Of a stretch of 64,000 bases of DNA, positions 29,070 through 44,400 are shown in pieces (within the stretch, counting starts at the first letter, position 1; each line of letters begins with the position of its first letter). Position numbers and translations under genes: made by a program. This DNA comes from Tubiluchus corallicola (taxonomy: Eukaryota; Animalia; Priapulida), in NCBI GenBank assembly GCA_030141605.1, contig JAQGDQ010002366.1, positions 814,660 to 878,659 of the forward strand. The letters are read 5' to 3'. The notes beneath the pieces were generated by a model. That model worked only from the letters and a program-made list of their open reading frames with translations. It searched no databases and was not told where the DNA came from.

Positions 29070-30049
29070 AAAAGCAATTGGTAGTGTTAAACTGTAATTG
29101 GTAGCAACTATACGCATTCCAGTTTTGAAACTATATAACCTCATGCTGCTTATGATATTCCAGAATCCAGATGTTTCTAGCATTTTTCGGTAATAATGAG
29201 AGTCAATTAACAGGTTTTGTCAATATGAGAAAGCTGAAATTGGTACTCTAATGATCTTAGGTACTAGAAACTGGTATATACAGTCAAATAAAATTCAAAC
29301 TCTCTTTCTATTGTGATTTAAATGACCTAATTATTTTGTGTTGTGACACATCTCAACTGCTAGACTTCCATATTACCATGAAAAGTAATTGGTGTTACTT
29401 AACAGTGTCTATGAATTTGTTGAACAATAAGTCTTCATGCGACTTGCATAAAAAATTTAATACATGTTAATTTGAACTAACCACTATGGACAAATTGTTA
29501 ACTGTGCATCATTCAGTAAGAGTAATTAAGTCTAAGTTACTTACAATTCTAAGTTAACTGGTATCAATGGTAAATTGTTACTAGTAATTTAGCTGTAACA
29601 TAACGCATAACTACATTTTTCTAATTAGATAAAATTATAATTACTCGACCTGTTTGTGTCGCAGTTGACATGAGAACTATATTCTTCAAATGGCAAAAAA
29701 GTTGTCTATGTTAAAAAATACACTTGCACAGAGAAAAGGAATACGGCCTGATCTGACTCCAATGCAATGAAAGAAAACAAAAAACCGTTGGCAAAATTAA
29801 AAACGAAGAGAAAAGAAACAGTTCAAGCAGGGTAAGAAGACTGGTGGTCGATCAAAAGAGGAACATCGAAACTAGACAGCACCATGCATGGATCTACGAA
29901 CAGCTCCAAAAGTGACCTGGACCGATTTGGTGGAAAGGCAATAAACGTAGTAGATGGTGGAACAAAGCTTACTAGCAAAAACTGTCAAGTTAAAGACTTT
30001 TTGTTACTAAATACTTATTTTGTTCTTAAGAATCTTTTACAAAATATGT

Positions 30050-31430
30050 ATATAATGTATATAATTTTGAAAGTCTCTTAAGCAAATATGATGAACTTCT
30101 AGTGCGTGTTGAGGAAGTTAAGGCTAATATTATTTTTGGTACAGATACTTGTTGAATTGATCAGACTAGTGATGGCCTTATAAATGTTGACAGCTATATT
30201 CCTGTAAGAAAAAGTACAAATGAAATATATGGTAGGGTAATGCTCTACATTAAAAGCAGCAAAAAATTTCTAGATGGCTCTGAGTTAAATCTGAGGATGC
30301 TTTGTGTGCATATATGGATAAAAAGTGAAAATGTTAAAATGCCTTTTTGAGGTAATTTATCATAAGGGGGCCAGCCCTCTTGAACTCCATATGAAATTGC
30401 CTGAGCAGATTCGAAAAGCTGTCGAACTTATAGCAGTGGTAAAATATTATTTGCAGATGATTTTAATTTACCAGATATAGACTGGAATAACTACATATAA
30501 TATTATATCAGTATAGCGTCAAAGTCGATACAGAGACAATGATTTGAGAATTTATTTGTTCAGCATATTCTATGACAAGATTAATGATTTATTTCTTATT
30601 CAGCATGTGTCTCAGCCAACCATCCTGCCAGAGAGGAAGAGACAATCTGAATTGTTTTGATTAAGTTATTTCAGTTAATGAAAATAATGTTTTTAACCTG
30701 GATACAGTTTCACAAAGCTGTCACTAACTTAACGACGACGTTGTTAATAGTTACCTGAATGCAATAACGACGTAATTAACTTAGAGACAGCTTTGTGAAA
30801 CCGGGCCCTGTATATATTACCAGTCCCCTGGGCAAAGCTAAAATAATAATTATTTTAACCTGGGGATTTTTAACAAGTGTTGAACAATGTGTATCAGCTG
30901 ACCAATGTAGGTATTATGATAACAACAAGGTTGATTCTGTAAAATGCGTAACTTGCTATCACAAGCTGATTTGACAGAACTTATCAATGGAACTGATATT
31001 GAAAACGTATGGGAAGCATTTTCTGGAATTAGAAAACAAATTGTAAAATTGTGTGCGCTAAAATTAAAAGTTACAAATAAGGGAAAAGTAAACCCACCCT
31101 AGTTTAGTCATAGAGCTAGATGAGTAGTAAGAAAAAAGTATTTTGCTTTTCAAAGGTATCGTGAATCAAGGTCCCACAGATGCTACATGGAATACGTTAA
31201 AAAGGGGAACGGCGCCGTCATTTAATAAAAGTTGACCATGAAAAAGAACTTTACAAAAAAGTCAAAAAGAATCCAGAAGCATGCAATATGTAAATAGCAG
31301 AAACAAGATTCGCTCACCCATTTCTAGGCTGAAAAAATGTTAAGAAATTATTGCTTAAAATTAATGTAAACAAGGTTGCAGGTCCTGATAATGCAAATCC
31401 TAGAATATTAAAAGAGGCAACTGAATTTGT
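30050..31430 (+). mobile_element. Decayed CR1-type LINE ORF2 (APE endonuclease to start of RT)
   Basis: Broken frames give SLLSKYDELL, GRVMLYIK, DDFNLPDIDW, SPLGK, NPP*F and NKVAGPDNANPRILKE in the expected order. Possible ORF1 remnant upstream (about 29600-30000). Confidence 0.8.
30701..30807. mobile_element. Small Harbinger-like MITE inserted into the LINE remnant
   Basis: Inverted ends gtttcacaaagctgtc / gacagctttgtgaaac, flanked by CTG on both sides (30698-30700, 30808-30810). Confidence 0.75.
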
Positions 31431-32440
31431 GCATTTCCCGCTGTTTGAAGAAATTTTGAACTCAGATGTATTAATGAACAGTGAAAAGGAAGGATTGCTA
31501 GAAATTAGAAATCTAGTGAACGAATGTATGGAATACAGGATAAAGACAAATAAAGATATTAAACTTGGAAAAGACAAATAAAAGATCAGCGTTAAAGAAG
31601 AAAAGACTTTGCACCCTATAAAGGTGCCCGCCTCTGATAGGTGGAGAGAGTCGAGTATCGCAATCGCAATTATGGTTTTGTACAGAAACTTGCAAGTTGC
31701 ACTACCTTAGTCATTGATATTGCTTATTTACATTAAATAATTGTTTGCAATCTTTGCGCAAATGTTTGTTTACATTAACGTTTTTTTCAATTAAGACGCC
31801 TTATGGGGTGCAGTAATCTTAGAAGTATAGGTATAGCTTGCCTTGGGCCCTGGAGTAATTTTTTGAAGAGTTCGTCTATTACTTATGTCGATCAATTATT
31901 CGTCCCGCATGCACATTCTCAGAAAATGCAATTATCCGTTATGCTTTTTGTCATAGGGGACATTTGTCATTTTGACTACTTCGGGCATTGTTTAGAAGTA
32001 GAACAAAGTCTTTTTGCAGTGCTCTAGCTGTTTTGAGGAAGGTAGTAATGTTGGCCTGATTAACAGCTGTATGTTCTTCTAGTCAATGCAGATCTTTTCT
32101 ATTAAATAGTAAGTATTTATATTGACATTTTTGGTAGGCTACCGGTATAGTTTTAACTCCCCTGCCGTTGATCGGACTACCGGAGAAGGCTGCCCGGTCT
32201 TCCAAAATGGTCGACCTTTCGGATAAATCCAAAATAGATGGGCATCAAGCAAAAGGCAAAAAGATGTGCGACTGGGAAAAGTTGATCCGACGTGTGCGAC
32301 CTATCAGAAGCTATTATGTACCACACGAATGGCAGTGTTTATTATAGCACATAATTGTACCGGACTACCTGTAATTGATAAAATGTTATTTTTAAAGAAA
32401 ATCAAATTTGTTTCAGGGTTGACAGACAAACAGCATAATA

Positions 32441-35400
32441 ATGGAAGGAGATGTTAAAGCGCATCCTGTCTTTAAGGAACTTAGTGCAGACCAGGAAGAT
32501 ACTGGAATTTCTGAGATTGAGAGCCTTTGCGTGAACTGTGAAGAAAACGTAATATGTTTGGTCACAAGTTAGTGTAGGGCGCCGAGTAACCCATTAGCCG
32601 AAGTAGGACACTTCCGGTAAAGTGCATGTGCTAAATTTGCAGAAAAGTAGTGTCGTACATGGGCAGCCCAAGTAAAGCACTGGTGATTTTTGTCAAGAAT
32701 CAATAATTATGATGACATAATTTCTTTTACAGAAAAATTAACTTTATAATAATGATGGATGACTATTTACAAAATTAACGTGTTTTTTACAATAGTATCA
32801 TCAATAGTATTATTAGCTCCATTAAAATCATCATATTAAACTAAAGTATCTAATGCTTATAATGCTTTAAAGAGAGAAACAGTACTATGCACACATTTAT
32901 TACAGAAATAATTGCAAGTTTAAAAATTAGAGAGATGCTGCTAAGCCTTCACAACACCAAAAGGTAATTGTTAACTTTTTAGAAATAGCAAAGACAATTA
33001 GTTTTAATAATATCAATAATATTGTAACATGCAGGGAACTGTCTTACATGGCTTGCTAGCCCATGTAAGGCACCTAGGTCGCTAGAACATTTACTTATTA
33101 GAAAACACTTATTTGTCCAACAAGTAGTGAAACGGATCACCTGTCTGTGCAGCGAGACAAAATAAAAAATGATATACCTTAAACAAATGTCGAAATCGCC
33201 TAAAAAGTGGTTTTATTTCACTTCAACAATATTAATATCGAAGCCAAACTTAATATTGTCCGTTCAACCAGCTCAGAATAAAATTCTTTTATTTCATCAG
33301 ATGTATAATAAATTATTCGACGTGTATTGACGTTTTTAATTATTATTATTATTACATAAACAAGACAACGGACGCTTAACAACTCAATTCGCGACCTATC
33401 GCTAGTGTCCTACTTGGGCAGCCCATGTACGACACGGCCTACTTGGGCTAACCCGTGTACGACGCATCCTACTTGGGCTAGTCCATGTAGGCCAATTGTC
33501 CTACTTCGGCTAGTGGGTTACTCGGCGCCCAACAGTTAGAAATCTTTGTATTGGTTTATCATGAAGAGGTTCAAACTAATTAGAACATGTGGTTGTTTTA
33601 CAAGTTCAACCTTGCTTGTTAAATACATCAATTTGTAATTGCTAATCTTTGAGATTATCTTCAAAATTATCTTGTACATTGCAGGGTGTCACTCGTCTTC
33701 TTTTGACTCGAATACCGCATTTTAAAGACGTGATTGTTAGTTCGTTTTCCTGTCCTCATTGTGGTTATTCAAACAATGAGATTCAGTCAGGTGGCAGGAT
33801 ACAAGACTATGGAATTCGGATCACAGTTAATATTCAGAATGAAAAGGTTTTGCTAAAACATTATGATTATCAATTAGTCAGTAAAATTTAATTGCTTTGC
33901 CATTTTTGTTTTGAGTATTTAAATTCTTCCTCTAGGATTTGTTTGATTTTTAACAAAAAAAAACCTTGTGTGCAGATTTTATATTAATGAAATACATAAG
34001 CTTTTAATAACTTATTTGGAATCTCATTGAAATACTAACAAACAAAACATTGTTATATTATACAACATAACATAACAAAATAACATGATATATAAAATAG
34101 TGATGTATACGTAAAAACACGATGCATCATATTTTTAAACATGTATTTTTATCTGGTGTCATTTTTCTTTAATTTCTAAACTAAGCTGTAGTTCTTTTTT
34201 GGCAAGATGTCAAGTTTAAATTCTAATAGAAAATATTGCATGAGCTCTTTAATTTTTTTATATTGACTTCTGATGCTTTGTCTTTACATTTTCTATTATA
34301 GGACTTAAATCGCCAAATTGTGAGGACCGATTATTGTACTGTTCAAATACCTGAAATTTCTTTTGAGATACCTCCAAATACTCAAAAAGGCGGTTAGTAT
34401 TTCAAAACAGTTTTAACAACAAAATACCTGCAACAGCACCAAAAATATTGTCCCTTCATTGTATGGTAGCATTCGAGTAGAAATTAATTTGGATATTCCA
34501 CATTGTATCAGGAAAGAAGTATGTAAACTTTATTGCTGCTCTAAATACATAATTTGATAATAATGCAATTGGTATTAATAATGAAAGGCCTGAAACTGTA
34601 AAATACAAATGAAAAATAGAGGACTGCCACTTAGACCTGATAGCTTTAGTAAAATTAAATAGGCCTAGAGTCTCTTAATAAAATGCAACATCTATTTTGT
34701 TGTGGATGGCATGAAGATAATGCTGAAATGGCCAACTGATTTCTATTCGAGTGATAATGTACAATTAATGGATCATGCTTTTCGGTGGCTGTTATACCTT
34801 TTTTATCTATAAGTTAGAATTTCCAATTGACAGAGTTTTAGAAAAGTACTGTTTTTATCATAGCAAGGGTTTGGCCACCCTGTGCTATAGCCAAATTGAC
34901 TGCCTCCTTCCTTAAATGTAATATGCGTTCGGCCGCTACATACACACGTATATGAAAGATATTTAATCATGTAAACCAAAATTTGCAATCAAATCAGGAA
35001 GACCACGGAGCACCAATTCCACGAGAAATGCTGAGAGTTAGTTGTAGAGGAACATGGCTGCGCCTGAAACAATGATGTTATAATAATTATTGTGTTTTAC
35101 GTTTCAAATTAAAAATATGCCTTTATATGACTGCAATATAAAATTTGAGGCCGGGTGTGGTATAAAAATAAATTGCCCCAGGCAACTAGATGGCAACAGA
35201 AATATTTTTATTGCTGGCCTTATTAGCAGAAAGTATTGGCCGCCCTGTACGGCCCGCACACCACTGTCCGCGTTATGCCACTGTGTCATAATGACTGTAC
35301 AAAATACATGCTGTTCCTTGAAAACAAGGAATCAAAAACAATAAATTTTTGTTGCACTTAAATTTCTGGCTGAGACCTATAGACAACAGCACGAGAACCA

Positions 35401-38400
35401 AACGCTAGGTGTTTGACTTGAACTGTGACATTGTGGCCAACTAAAAATAGATAGTTAGTGGTGTTAGTCAGCTTGTCGGTGGTCGATTTTTTCGTAGTAT
35501 AATTTATTAGACTGCATAACAATGAATTTTTAATTCGTACATACTTAGTGAATAGCGTAAATATGCAATAATGAAACTGTTGTATATTTGTTTTAACATG
35601 TTTTAACAACTACCTACTACCATTATCAGCAGAAAAAACAAACCATCATAAGGTACCTACAGGGTAAGTCAAAACTCAAAAGTAACTAGCCATTTTTGTA
35701 AGTGTATGACTATAATGTATCAAAAAAGTTTTGAAAGGCTTAACAGCATGATTTGATAGTGAAGCTGTTTAAGTTTTATTCCGAACAAAAAGCAAGTAAT
35801 CAAAAAGAAGAAAAGGAACGATTAACATATAGCTAGCTCTTAATATTACACACTTAAACTTTTAATTTTGTTGGGTTAGCATCAGGAATTGTTATCAATA
35901 GTGTTTACGTTTTTTAGAAAGATACTTGGAAAATTTTAATTTTGTTAGTTGATGCCTGTACTTTTCTAAATGTTATGCCCTATATTATCTAGCTTTGACC
36001 ACTGTTGAAGGCATATTGGAGAGGGCAATTAGTGGATTACAACAGCAACAACCTGTAAGAAGGGTTAGTAAAAATTAAATTGATATTTTATCATCTGTGG
36101 TTTCTGTTGTTATGGTCAGCATTACAAAAATATTTTCTCTGTCATTGGCTCTGTTCACTTGATTTATTATTATCTATCTTGGATTCTTCTAATTTTTGTA
36201 AACAACATTGCATGTCTTGTGTGTATTTTAGTTTTGCTTTTAATTTGACGCTGTGGCTTTATATTAGTTTTTCCAGACTCGCTGTATGTTACTATTAATG
36301 TATACATGATTTGAATTATGATGATGATGATGATGATGGCAATGTTAACAATATTAATTCAATATTTTAATTGACAGATACTAATCTTATGTAAATCTTG
36401 TTATTGATATGTATTGTTGAATCTTAGGATCGCATGGTTTCTATACAAGTTGCTGCTTCAATATTAGCTAATATAATTTTCGGTTGTATCTATAATGGAG
36501 CAGAGATATTTTGATTAAATTTATTTGACACTTAAATATGTAAGCTTGTGTGTAGAAATGGGCTGTGCTTACCAGGTGATTTTAACTAACTACTGAGTAA
36601 TTGATAAGCTGGTATTTCTTCAATGTAAAGCTAGTTAGCTAAGATGCTTTAGTTTTGACTGGCAGCTTACATAGTAGAAATAAAGTCAGCCCACGGGCGA
36701 GGGGGAGGTCTCTAAATCAGTTTAGCATATATCTCTAGAGACCTTTAGCTTTTCACTTGGTTATAAACACAAAAATAGCAGCTTTCCTGGCATGCTGGAA
36801 AGTTTGACTGAGGTATATAATAAAGGAAGACAAATCATTCATTCTTTTTCCATTTGTTTTTATGTGATGACAATGGTATTTTGTTCTAACAGTGTCCTAA
36901 ATTTCACTAATACTTAATTAACGTAACTAGAAATGTTTACATTCATATGAAGGTGTGTGTGTCCCACCAGATAGCGCTTATTTCATCATCTACTTGCATT
37001 CTCTTCTGTGAAAGAGGTGAGCTATTATGACAATTAATTAGTCAGTAATTAGACTGCCATTAACTAGCTCATGTACTTGTTTTAGGCTCTTGACAAATCT
37101 TTAGCTGAACAACTTGACAATGTCATTTCGAAACTAGAAGATTATTGTCGGAAAAGTGTTCCATTTACTTTGGTATGTAACAAGGTGTATTTGTACAGAA
37201 GGCCGGAATTTTCAAACTGAAAATGTTAACACGAGTATCTGCAATTTGTTTGGACTATATCTTTGTTACACTACTAGATATAAAAATAGTTTTGTACCAC
37301 ATGGTGTGGCCACATTTTTAGTTTGGTCATATTACGCATTTTATAGCAGTTTGTTAATTAGTATCTTTTTGTAAATGTTCAATCTGCCAATTGTAAACTA
37401 AATAAAATAAAAATCATGACTCCATGACTCACATAGGTTGATGCTAAAGACTGACTATTTCCTAAATATTATGTGCCAAACTTCATCTACTGGCTTGACT
37501 TTGGTAAAACTGGCACTAATGAATAAGTCAAAGTTGGAATCCTACAAAAAGTAGTCATTCGGAACAATCAGTTATTGTTCTGAGTTATTATAGTTGATGG
37601 AAAAGCAAAAGTGCCAAAAAATGTGAACAAGAATTTTTGCCTGTTTCGATGTTGTCTCTGTTTGCTTCTGTAGCAGAAACAAGGTACTGTCATTCTTTTT
37701 TGGAATAATTTATTCGTTATTTGTAATTAGTCAGGACTTAGTGACCAATAAATTTCAGTATCTCATGATTGGAAGTAAGGCTGTAGATGACTTTACAAGT
37801 GTTGCATTTATGTCAGTCGATAATTATTGATACCTGATTGCGCAAAAACTGTGCACTACTTTTAGATAAAACTTCTGTCATGGCCATCTATAACCAAAAA
37901 AGTGTTTTTTGAAATTTTTTAAATTTTTCTCCCGAGTGCAATATTTTTTTGTATACTTTGGCGTACTCCATGTTGGTATTCACTCATAGGTAGGGCCTAC
38001 TCAAAGAGCTGTTTGTAGTGTGAGTCGAGCCTGATTCATTATCAAGAATATCCCTCTAAGATGAGCCACTGGACTAGTAGAGGTGTTTCAGTCAAGGTTT
38101 ATGAATGATATGGCCTAGATATCGAACCTGCATCATTTACACAAAACGTGAATGTTTTACCAACTCAGCCAAAACTGTGCCAAATAAAAATTTTATAAAT
38201 ATTTTAACTAAGAGCTGTTGTCTGTGTATAGGTTCTAGATGATCCAAGCGGGAACAGTTATGTTCAAAACTACCTAGCTCCTAAAAATGACCCGGCCTTG
38301 ACTATCGAGAAATATATGAGAAATTTGGAGCAAAACAAAATGCTAGCACTAGTAGTGAGTAGAATATTATTTTTAACTTAAGATAGTTAATTAGTTAGTT

Positions 38401-41400
38401 TTTTATGATTAGGCATTAAACTGACATGAAAGAATTAGACTGCATAACATTCTATTTCTTATCGTTATATCGAGGTTACAAAATTTTCAAAAACAGCATT
38501 TTTCCATGCTGGTACTGGAGTAAACTGTGTATATTCTGGTAATGACAGCTTGAAGCCTGTAGCAGACAAATGGTTGGATGACAGCTAACTGAGTAAAAGA
38601 GCAGTGTTGGTACGGCTGTAGATCAAGCTAGTTATGAGATTATGAGTGGGTATGGAATTTGTACAAAACTATAGTATGACCTGTGCTGTTAATAATATCG
38701 AAAACCATTTTAAGTCTAAAGAAAAGATCACAAAAATATTAACATTTTTAGCATCTTTTATTAGTCAAAGTTAAACACTGAAATATTACGTTGATGACTA
38801 TATTGACAAGCTTGAATGCCTGACATTCCTTGATATCCACAATTTGGACACGCATTAACGTGGCAGCTACATATGCAACAGAAGTGCTCAATACTCGGTG
38901 TCGGGTCTTTGGTGTTTACGACCATGGCACCCACAATCTAAGAGCACGAGCTAAGGTGCACCTTTCAGCACATTTTTTTTTGCTTTTACTTTTCTTTATT
39001 TAACTAGTTGCTACATAAAAATATATAACATTTAACTCATTTTCTATTAGTTTGTGAGCTTGGTTGCTACTGTTTGTTTTAGTGGCTTAATAAAATTGGC
39101 TTTTAAGAAGCAGAACTTTTCTCATCAAAGTCAAACTATATATCTGGGTTATAACTAACTTTATGTGTCATGATAGTCGATTTTTTTTGAGTCAACATAA
39201 AATCTTGTTGTGCTGCCCCGGTACACTCCTGGAGACTTGTCCTTTCATAGACGAGAGTTCTCACTGCTGTCGTTCTTTCCAAACTAGGGTTTTAAATTAT
39301 GCCTCTAAAATTAGGGATCCAAATTCTGGATGCAGGTCTGCATATGCAATGTGATATCAGAGAACAGATTGTAGAACCTAAATTATAAATGCTGTGTACA
39401 AAAGTTCTACAAAAGTTTTTAATGAACAAATTTTAATTCTGATTAAAACAAAAAGTTGGTACTGGGGGTGTTTTGAACTCATCAAATTATTCTTGTACTA
39501 GTCAGTAAAGATTAAACGAGTTGCATCAAACTGCAGACTAATTAACCCTATAACTATATTTTCAGGAAGGTGATGCTGAGGACAATGGTGAAATATCTGC
39601 ATCTGCACCGCTTCCACAAGACATAAAAGAAGAGGTAAAAATTTGTTTATTTTTACTGATTTCATTTCATATTGTACGAAATATTGGTGTAGCTGTAAAT
39701 AGTGCAAGTTGCTACATGTTCATATGAATAACCTGGTGATACAAGTTACTACTACTAGAGCCGTTGGTTGAACAACTATTTACATTCTGATACAAGCATA
39801 CTTTGATCTTCAGTTTGATTTCTGAAGGATGTTGTCCGAGCTAAGACCTCAAAACTGTGCCAGTGTCTAGTTGACAGTAGAGGATTTGTTGATTAGGCAA
39901 GCGTTTACCTAGAGATAATGCATAGTGCCTTGGCCCCCCGGCCTGCAAAAATTAGTTGTTTATGAGAATGCATGCAGTTGTAATCTGTACATTTCAAAAA
40001 TATGACTACACCTTTACCTTAACTACACTTGTATTTCATGCTACAAAACAAAATAGTCATAAATTGTTTCGAAAATTACTAAAGTGAACTCATTCGTTTA
40101 GATCAGCTTTGTGCTACATCGTAGTTTGATGTTTGACATCATAAGTTCTTTTCAACTTCCATTTTGGTCTCGTATCTTTGCGATATTCCTAGAGTTATTG
40201 ACAACAATTTAGCTGTTTGCAGGCATATGTTAATGTAGTTCTGAGACATTTTCTGAAGTGATAACTTGGAAAGTCACTTACGAGAATTACTAGGTCCTGC
40301 AGAAATTGTTTACTTTGCTAGTTACTTTGGAGTTGTGAAAGCATATATATCCAGGCAGTTTATTTATGTCCTAGCATGATAGACACTTTGCTATGTATTA
40401 CATGTGTTTTATAATTTCTGCATGTTGGAATTCTTCCATATTCTTCTTTATTCTCTGGCATTACTATTGCTTGACTGTAGGGATCCAATCATGTTTACTG
40501 TTGATCTTGAAATTTATTCATACGTAACGTTTGCCGACAAAACTGAATCTGTTTGGGTAAATATTAGCTTAAAAATAAAAATATCAGACTCTTACACAAG
40601 TCAGATTGCCATCAAACTTTTCCGAAACTATTGAACATGTTAGTGGCTGTTTTTCAATTGTTGTTTGACTTATGAATAGCCTTTGTCATTGCTCGTGATG
40701 AATGGAAATGATTTTGTGTACAATACTGCCTCTTTGCTTTGCCTTTTGGTTTTAGCTACTTCTATTGACATTGTAATTTCATACTTCTGTACATCAGTAC
40801 TTAGTACCGTTTGCTTGATTTTCAAAGACAATGAACCTTTCGGGCTTCACTTGTTGCTGCAATGGTTCCCTATAAATATTGTGGCCTTGTGCAGAAACAC
40901 ATCAAGTTCTAGTGACCGGTGGACATCCCAAGTTTACTTCTTCTCTTGTCATTGAGTATAAATCTATCTGCTGTTCATTTATGCGTAATCGACTGACACA
41001 ACCTGTGAATCCTTGAATACTGTCAACCGGAAGATTGTCTTTTGTTACACTAGATGGCACACCACCAAGGTACAAGTTTCTGGGTGTGTTGTCAATTGAT
41101 AAACCTCTGTCAAGTTTTAATTCGTGCAAATCTGAATCAACTGTCAACGTAACTAGCTGAATATCTAGCAGCATAGCAATGCTGTGTCGGTCTCCATTGC
41201 ATAGGTAGTTTTCTGGTAGATTCACTGTTATGTTGTAGGGTTCCTGAAAGTTGTTGCTGATTAGTAAATTCACATTTCCTTCCACAGTCCTGAGAATGAA
41301 AAAGCTTCTTGGTGGACCTATCATAGCCATAAGCAAGCCTGTTGTGGTATTTTGTGGTTGTATGATGAGACTGAGTGACAGGCTGGTTCCGATGCTGAAT

Positions 41401-44400
41401 GTTGTTGATACAACTGATGTTCCACTGCCTGCAAAATACAGACCAGTTGTTTCGTTCACTGTACAGTTGCTTGTGCCCATCATTTCACTTGGCACCTCAT
41501 TATCAAAATTTACTACTGTCGGTTGTTTAAATCTGATATTTCTTAAACAACCTTGAAAGGCTCGTTGGGCATTTCCGTCTATTATTTGATTGCTGAAGTC
41601 AAGTGGAATGCCACCAAAATAGATCTCGAGTTGTATATTTAGAGGCGTAAATTCTTGTGATATCTGATTAGTATTATAGTCAGTTGCTGGCATATTTGGT
41701 TCCGTGATGTACAGTATGAGAAAATTGTTTGTACGAAAGATGTCCACTGTTCTCCATTCACCGTCATCGTATTTGTTTGTACTTTGCACAGACTCCACCC
41801 CTCGTAATGTACGCATTCTGAAAACCAGCCTCCCTTTTTCAATGTACAACGCGATAAAATTACGGGGAAAACGTTTCAAATCTGATGCGTAGAACATCAT
41901 TCCATTCGCTGCTAAAGAACGGAAATCCATCGAAAGGGCTAGTATGGTTTCCAGAGCATTCCTGCTAAGCGAATCCGAATTGAATTTAATGAAACTTTCT
42001 GGCTGATTTCCAAATTTTGTTCCATCTGTTTCTGGGTCAATTTCTGGCAATGAACATGTTGCAGGCGGTGTTACGGTTGTCAGGGTTGGTCCGGGTTCCT
42101 CTAGTTCTGGTTTGTTAACAGCATTAAGAGCAACATTTACTGCTTTTGTGATCAACATGGGCTCACTAATATCTACCGTTTGCCCATTTATCGTGATATT
42201 TGCAGCGTCTCCGTTATAGAAAGAAGCACTAGGCAATTGTGTTGGCACAAATATGTTAACAGGAACTCCTCCAATATAGACTGTTAGGGTGTCTCTTGGA
42301 GCTGTAGGTAGAAAAACTCTGTTTCTTTGAACATACCGAATACTGTCTACCATTATTACTGGGAAATTTGTCTTGAACTCTATATGTACCTCATGCCATT
42401 GTCTATCATTTAGTTCTAGTCCTCTGGTTTGGATAGGAATGCCAAAATTCATGCCAGCACTAACAAACTGCATAAATATGTCGCCATTAAACAAGCCTAT
42501 ATAAGCTATGTTCCTTCGATTGTCTTCTGTGTACAGCAATAAGCTACTTGAAACGTGGGTTTTCAATGAAAATCCAACTTCCCGTAGCATGCCAATGCTC
42601 GCATCATGGATGTCAATGGCAATATATGAACTTTCTTCAGCAAAGCTTATTCCTACTTCAGTTGGATATTTGCAACCTTCAGTAACACCACTGCTGCTCA
42701 AAAATTCTGCTAATTTTAGTGATTGTGGCAGAAATGGCTTCCTTTCTGATGACCTGTAAAAGACGTTTCTTAAGCAACCAGCATAACTTTTCTCCTCTTT
42801 ATCGCCCATTCCTCCTAGGAAGAATTTTAGTCTACCACTAAACTGTGGTAAAGATGTTCTAACTTGTTCAACCACGTTTTCTACTTCTACTGGCAGTGAT
42901 GTATTCAGACTGGACAGAGCGATTAATGCAGTACTTCTATTGTAAACAGCTTTTACTTGATAATATTGTCCATCGTTGTAGGTGTTTAAGCTACTTATTG
43001 TTATGCCTCTGGAACTACCACCTTTTGTCTCCAGTCTGACTCTACCCTCTGCCATGGAAAGTTTATACTCTCCGGTATTATCAGCTTTAATTATAATCAA
43101 TGGGGCACTGCTGGTAAATGTGGAGAATTCTGCAAGAATGTCTAAACCAATGTCAAGTTCCACATCTGCGAATGCCAATTCAACGTACGAATTTATTCCA
43201 TTGAAACGAATGGCATCTCTGCAGACATCTGATGTGCACCTAGGTTTGTTCCAGGACATCATGTCGACTACCGGAGGTTTTGGGCAGCATATTTGTGGAT
43301 CATTCTGAATGGGTATTGGTGCGCTGGACTGCAACAGACTGATAGGCGATCCATCTATTCGCAAACCAAACAAGCAGCCAACATAGTTTTCTCTTGGTGT
43401 GTTTTTTGCAGTTTGGTAGTTTGATGGGATTCCTCCCAGAAACATTTGGGATGTTATGTTAATTTCTCCATTTTCATTGTTCAATTCTTCAACAACAGTT
43501 TCCTTTTTATTATTCTCTAGGTTTGTTATTGTTAAAGTGCCATGAAACTTAAAGCGAGATAGTGAAACTTCAAGCCAACATCCTGTACACAACTCATTCA
43601 CACTCCTCAGAACTACTTCTTTCTGTCCACCTCCAAATTTGAAAACAATTTTTTTATCACGAAGCTCGATACTAATACAATTCACTCCATTTCTGTCCTC
43701 AGCAAAATACAGAAGGCTGTCCATAGTGTCCACATCAAGCTTGAACTGCAGCACTAATTCATTGTGGATTGTAGATCTGGGTTGTATGTTAAACTGAAAT
43801 ATATCCTGTCCTGCTATATGTAATGGCATTGTTGCGTGCTCTGTTGCTTTCATTACTCGTGTCAGTAATTCATCAATAGATGTCATTTTCTCAAAAACAA
43901 TGGAAAAAGAATCTTGATTTTTGTCAACCAAATCCATAGACTGCTGAATTGAATCTGTGATTGTACTTGCTTTTCGTTTTATGTTCATTGTTCTTTGTTC
44001 GAGGTTTGATATTTGTGAATTAATTGCCTTGGTATTGTTTTCGGCTTTGGACAGTGCCATTTCGGCTTTTTCTATTTCAGCACCTTTAGGGGATAACTGT
44101 GATTGAACTTTTCGCACTTGAACACTAGTTTCTATGGCATTCTCTGACGCTTTTCTTACTTTATCTTCAATGTCATTTTCCTTCACCTCAAAGTTAATTG
44201 CATTTAGTTGCAGTTGTGTGCTCATTTTTTCCTGCTTAATGTCCTCCTGCCACAATGGCAGTGTCTGGTAGAGGCTTCTGTTAGCACTCGTTACTTCTGC
44301 TTTTAACCGGGCCACGTCAGTATCACTGCTAGCGGCAGTTGACTGTAGTTCCTGTGCCCGATTAAGTGCTAACTGAGCATCGTCATTCAAGTCTTCCACA

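Noticed and set aside
28856-29077. Poly-Leu signal-peptide-like ORF
   Set aside because: Derived from the (AAT)n microsatellite and a transposon fragment.
33408-33515. CRISPR-like 30-bp repeats (also 56946-57020)
   Set aside because: No unique spacers, no cas genes and a eukaryotic intron context. They are transposon subterminal or minisatellite repeats.
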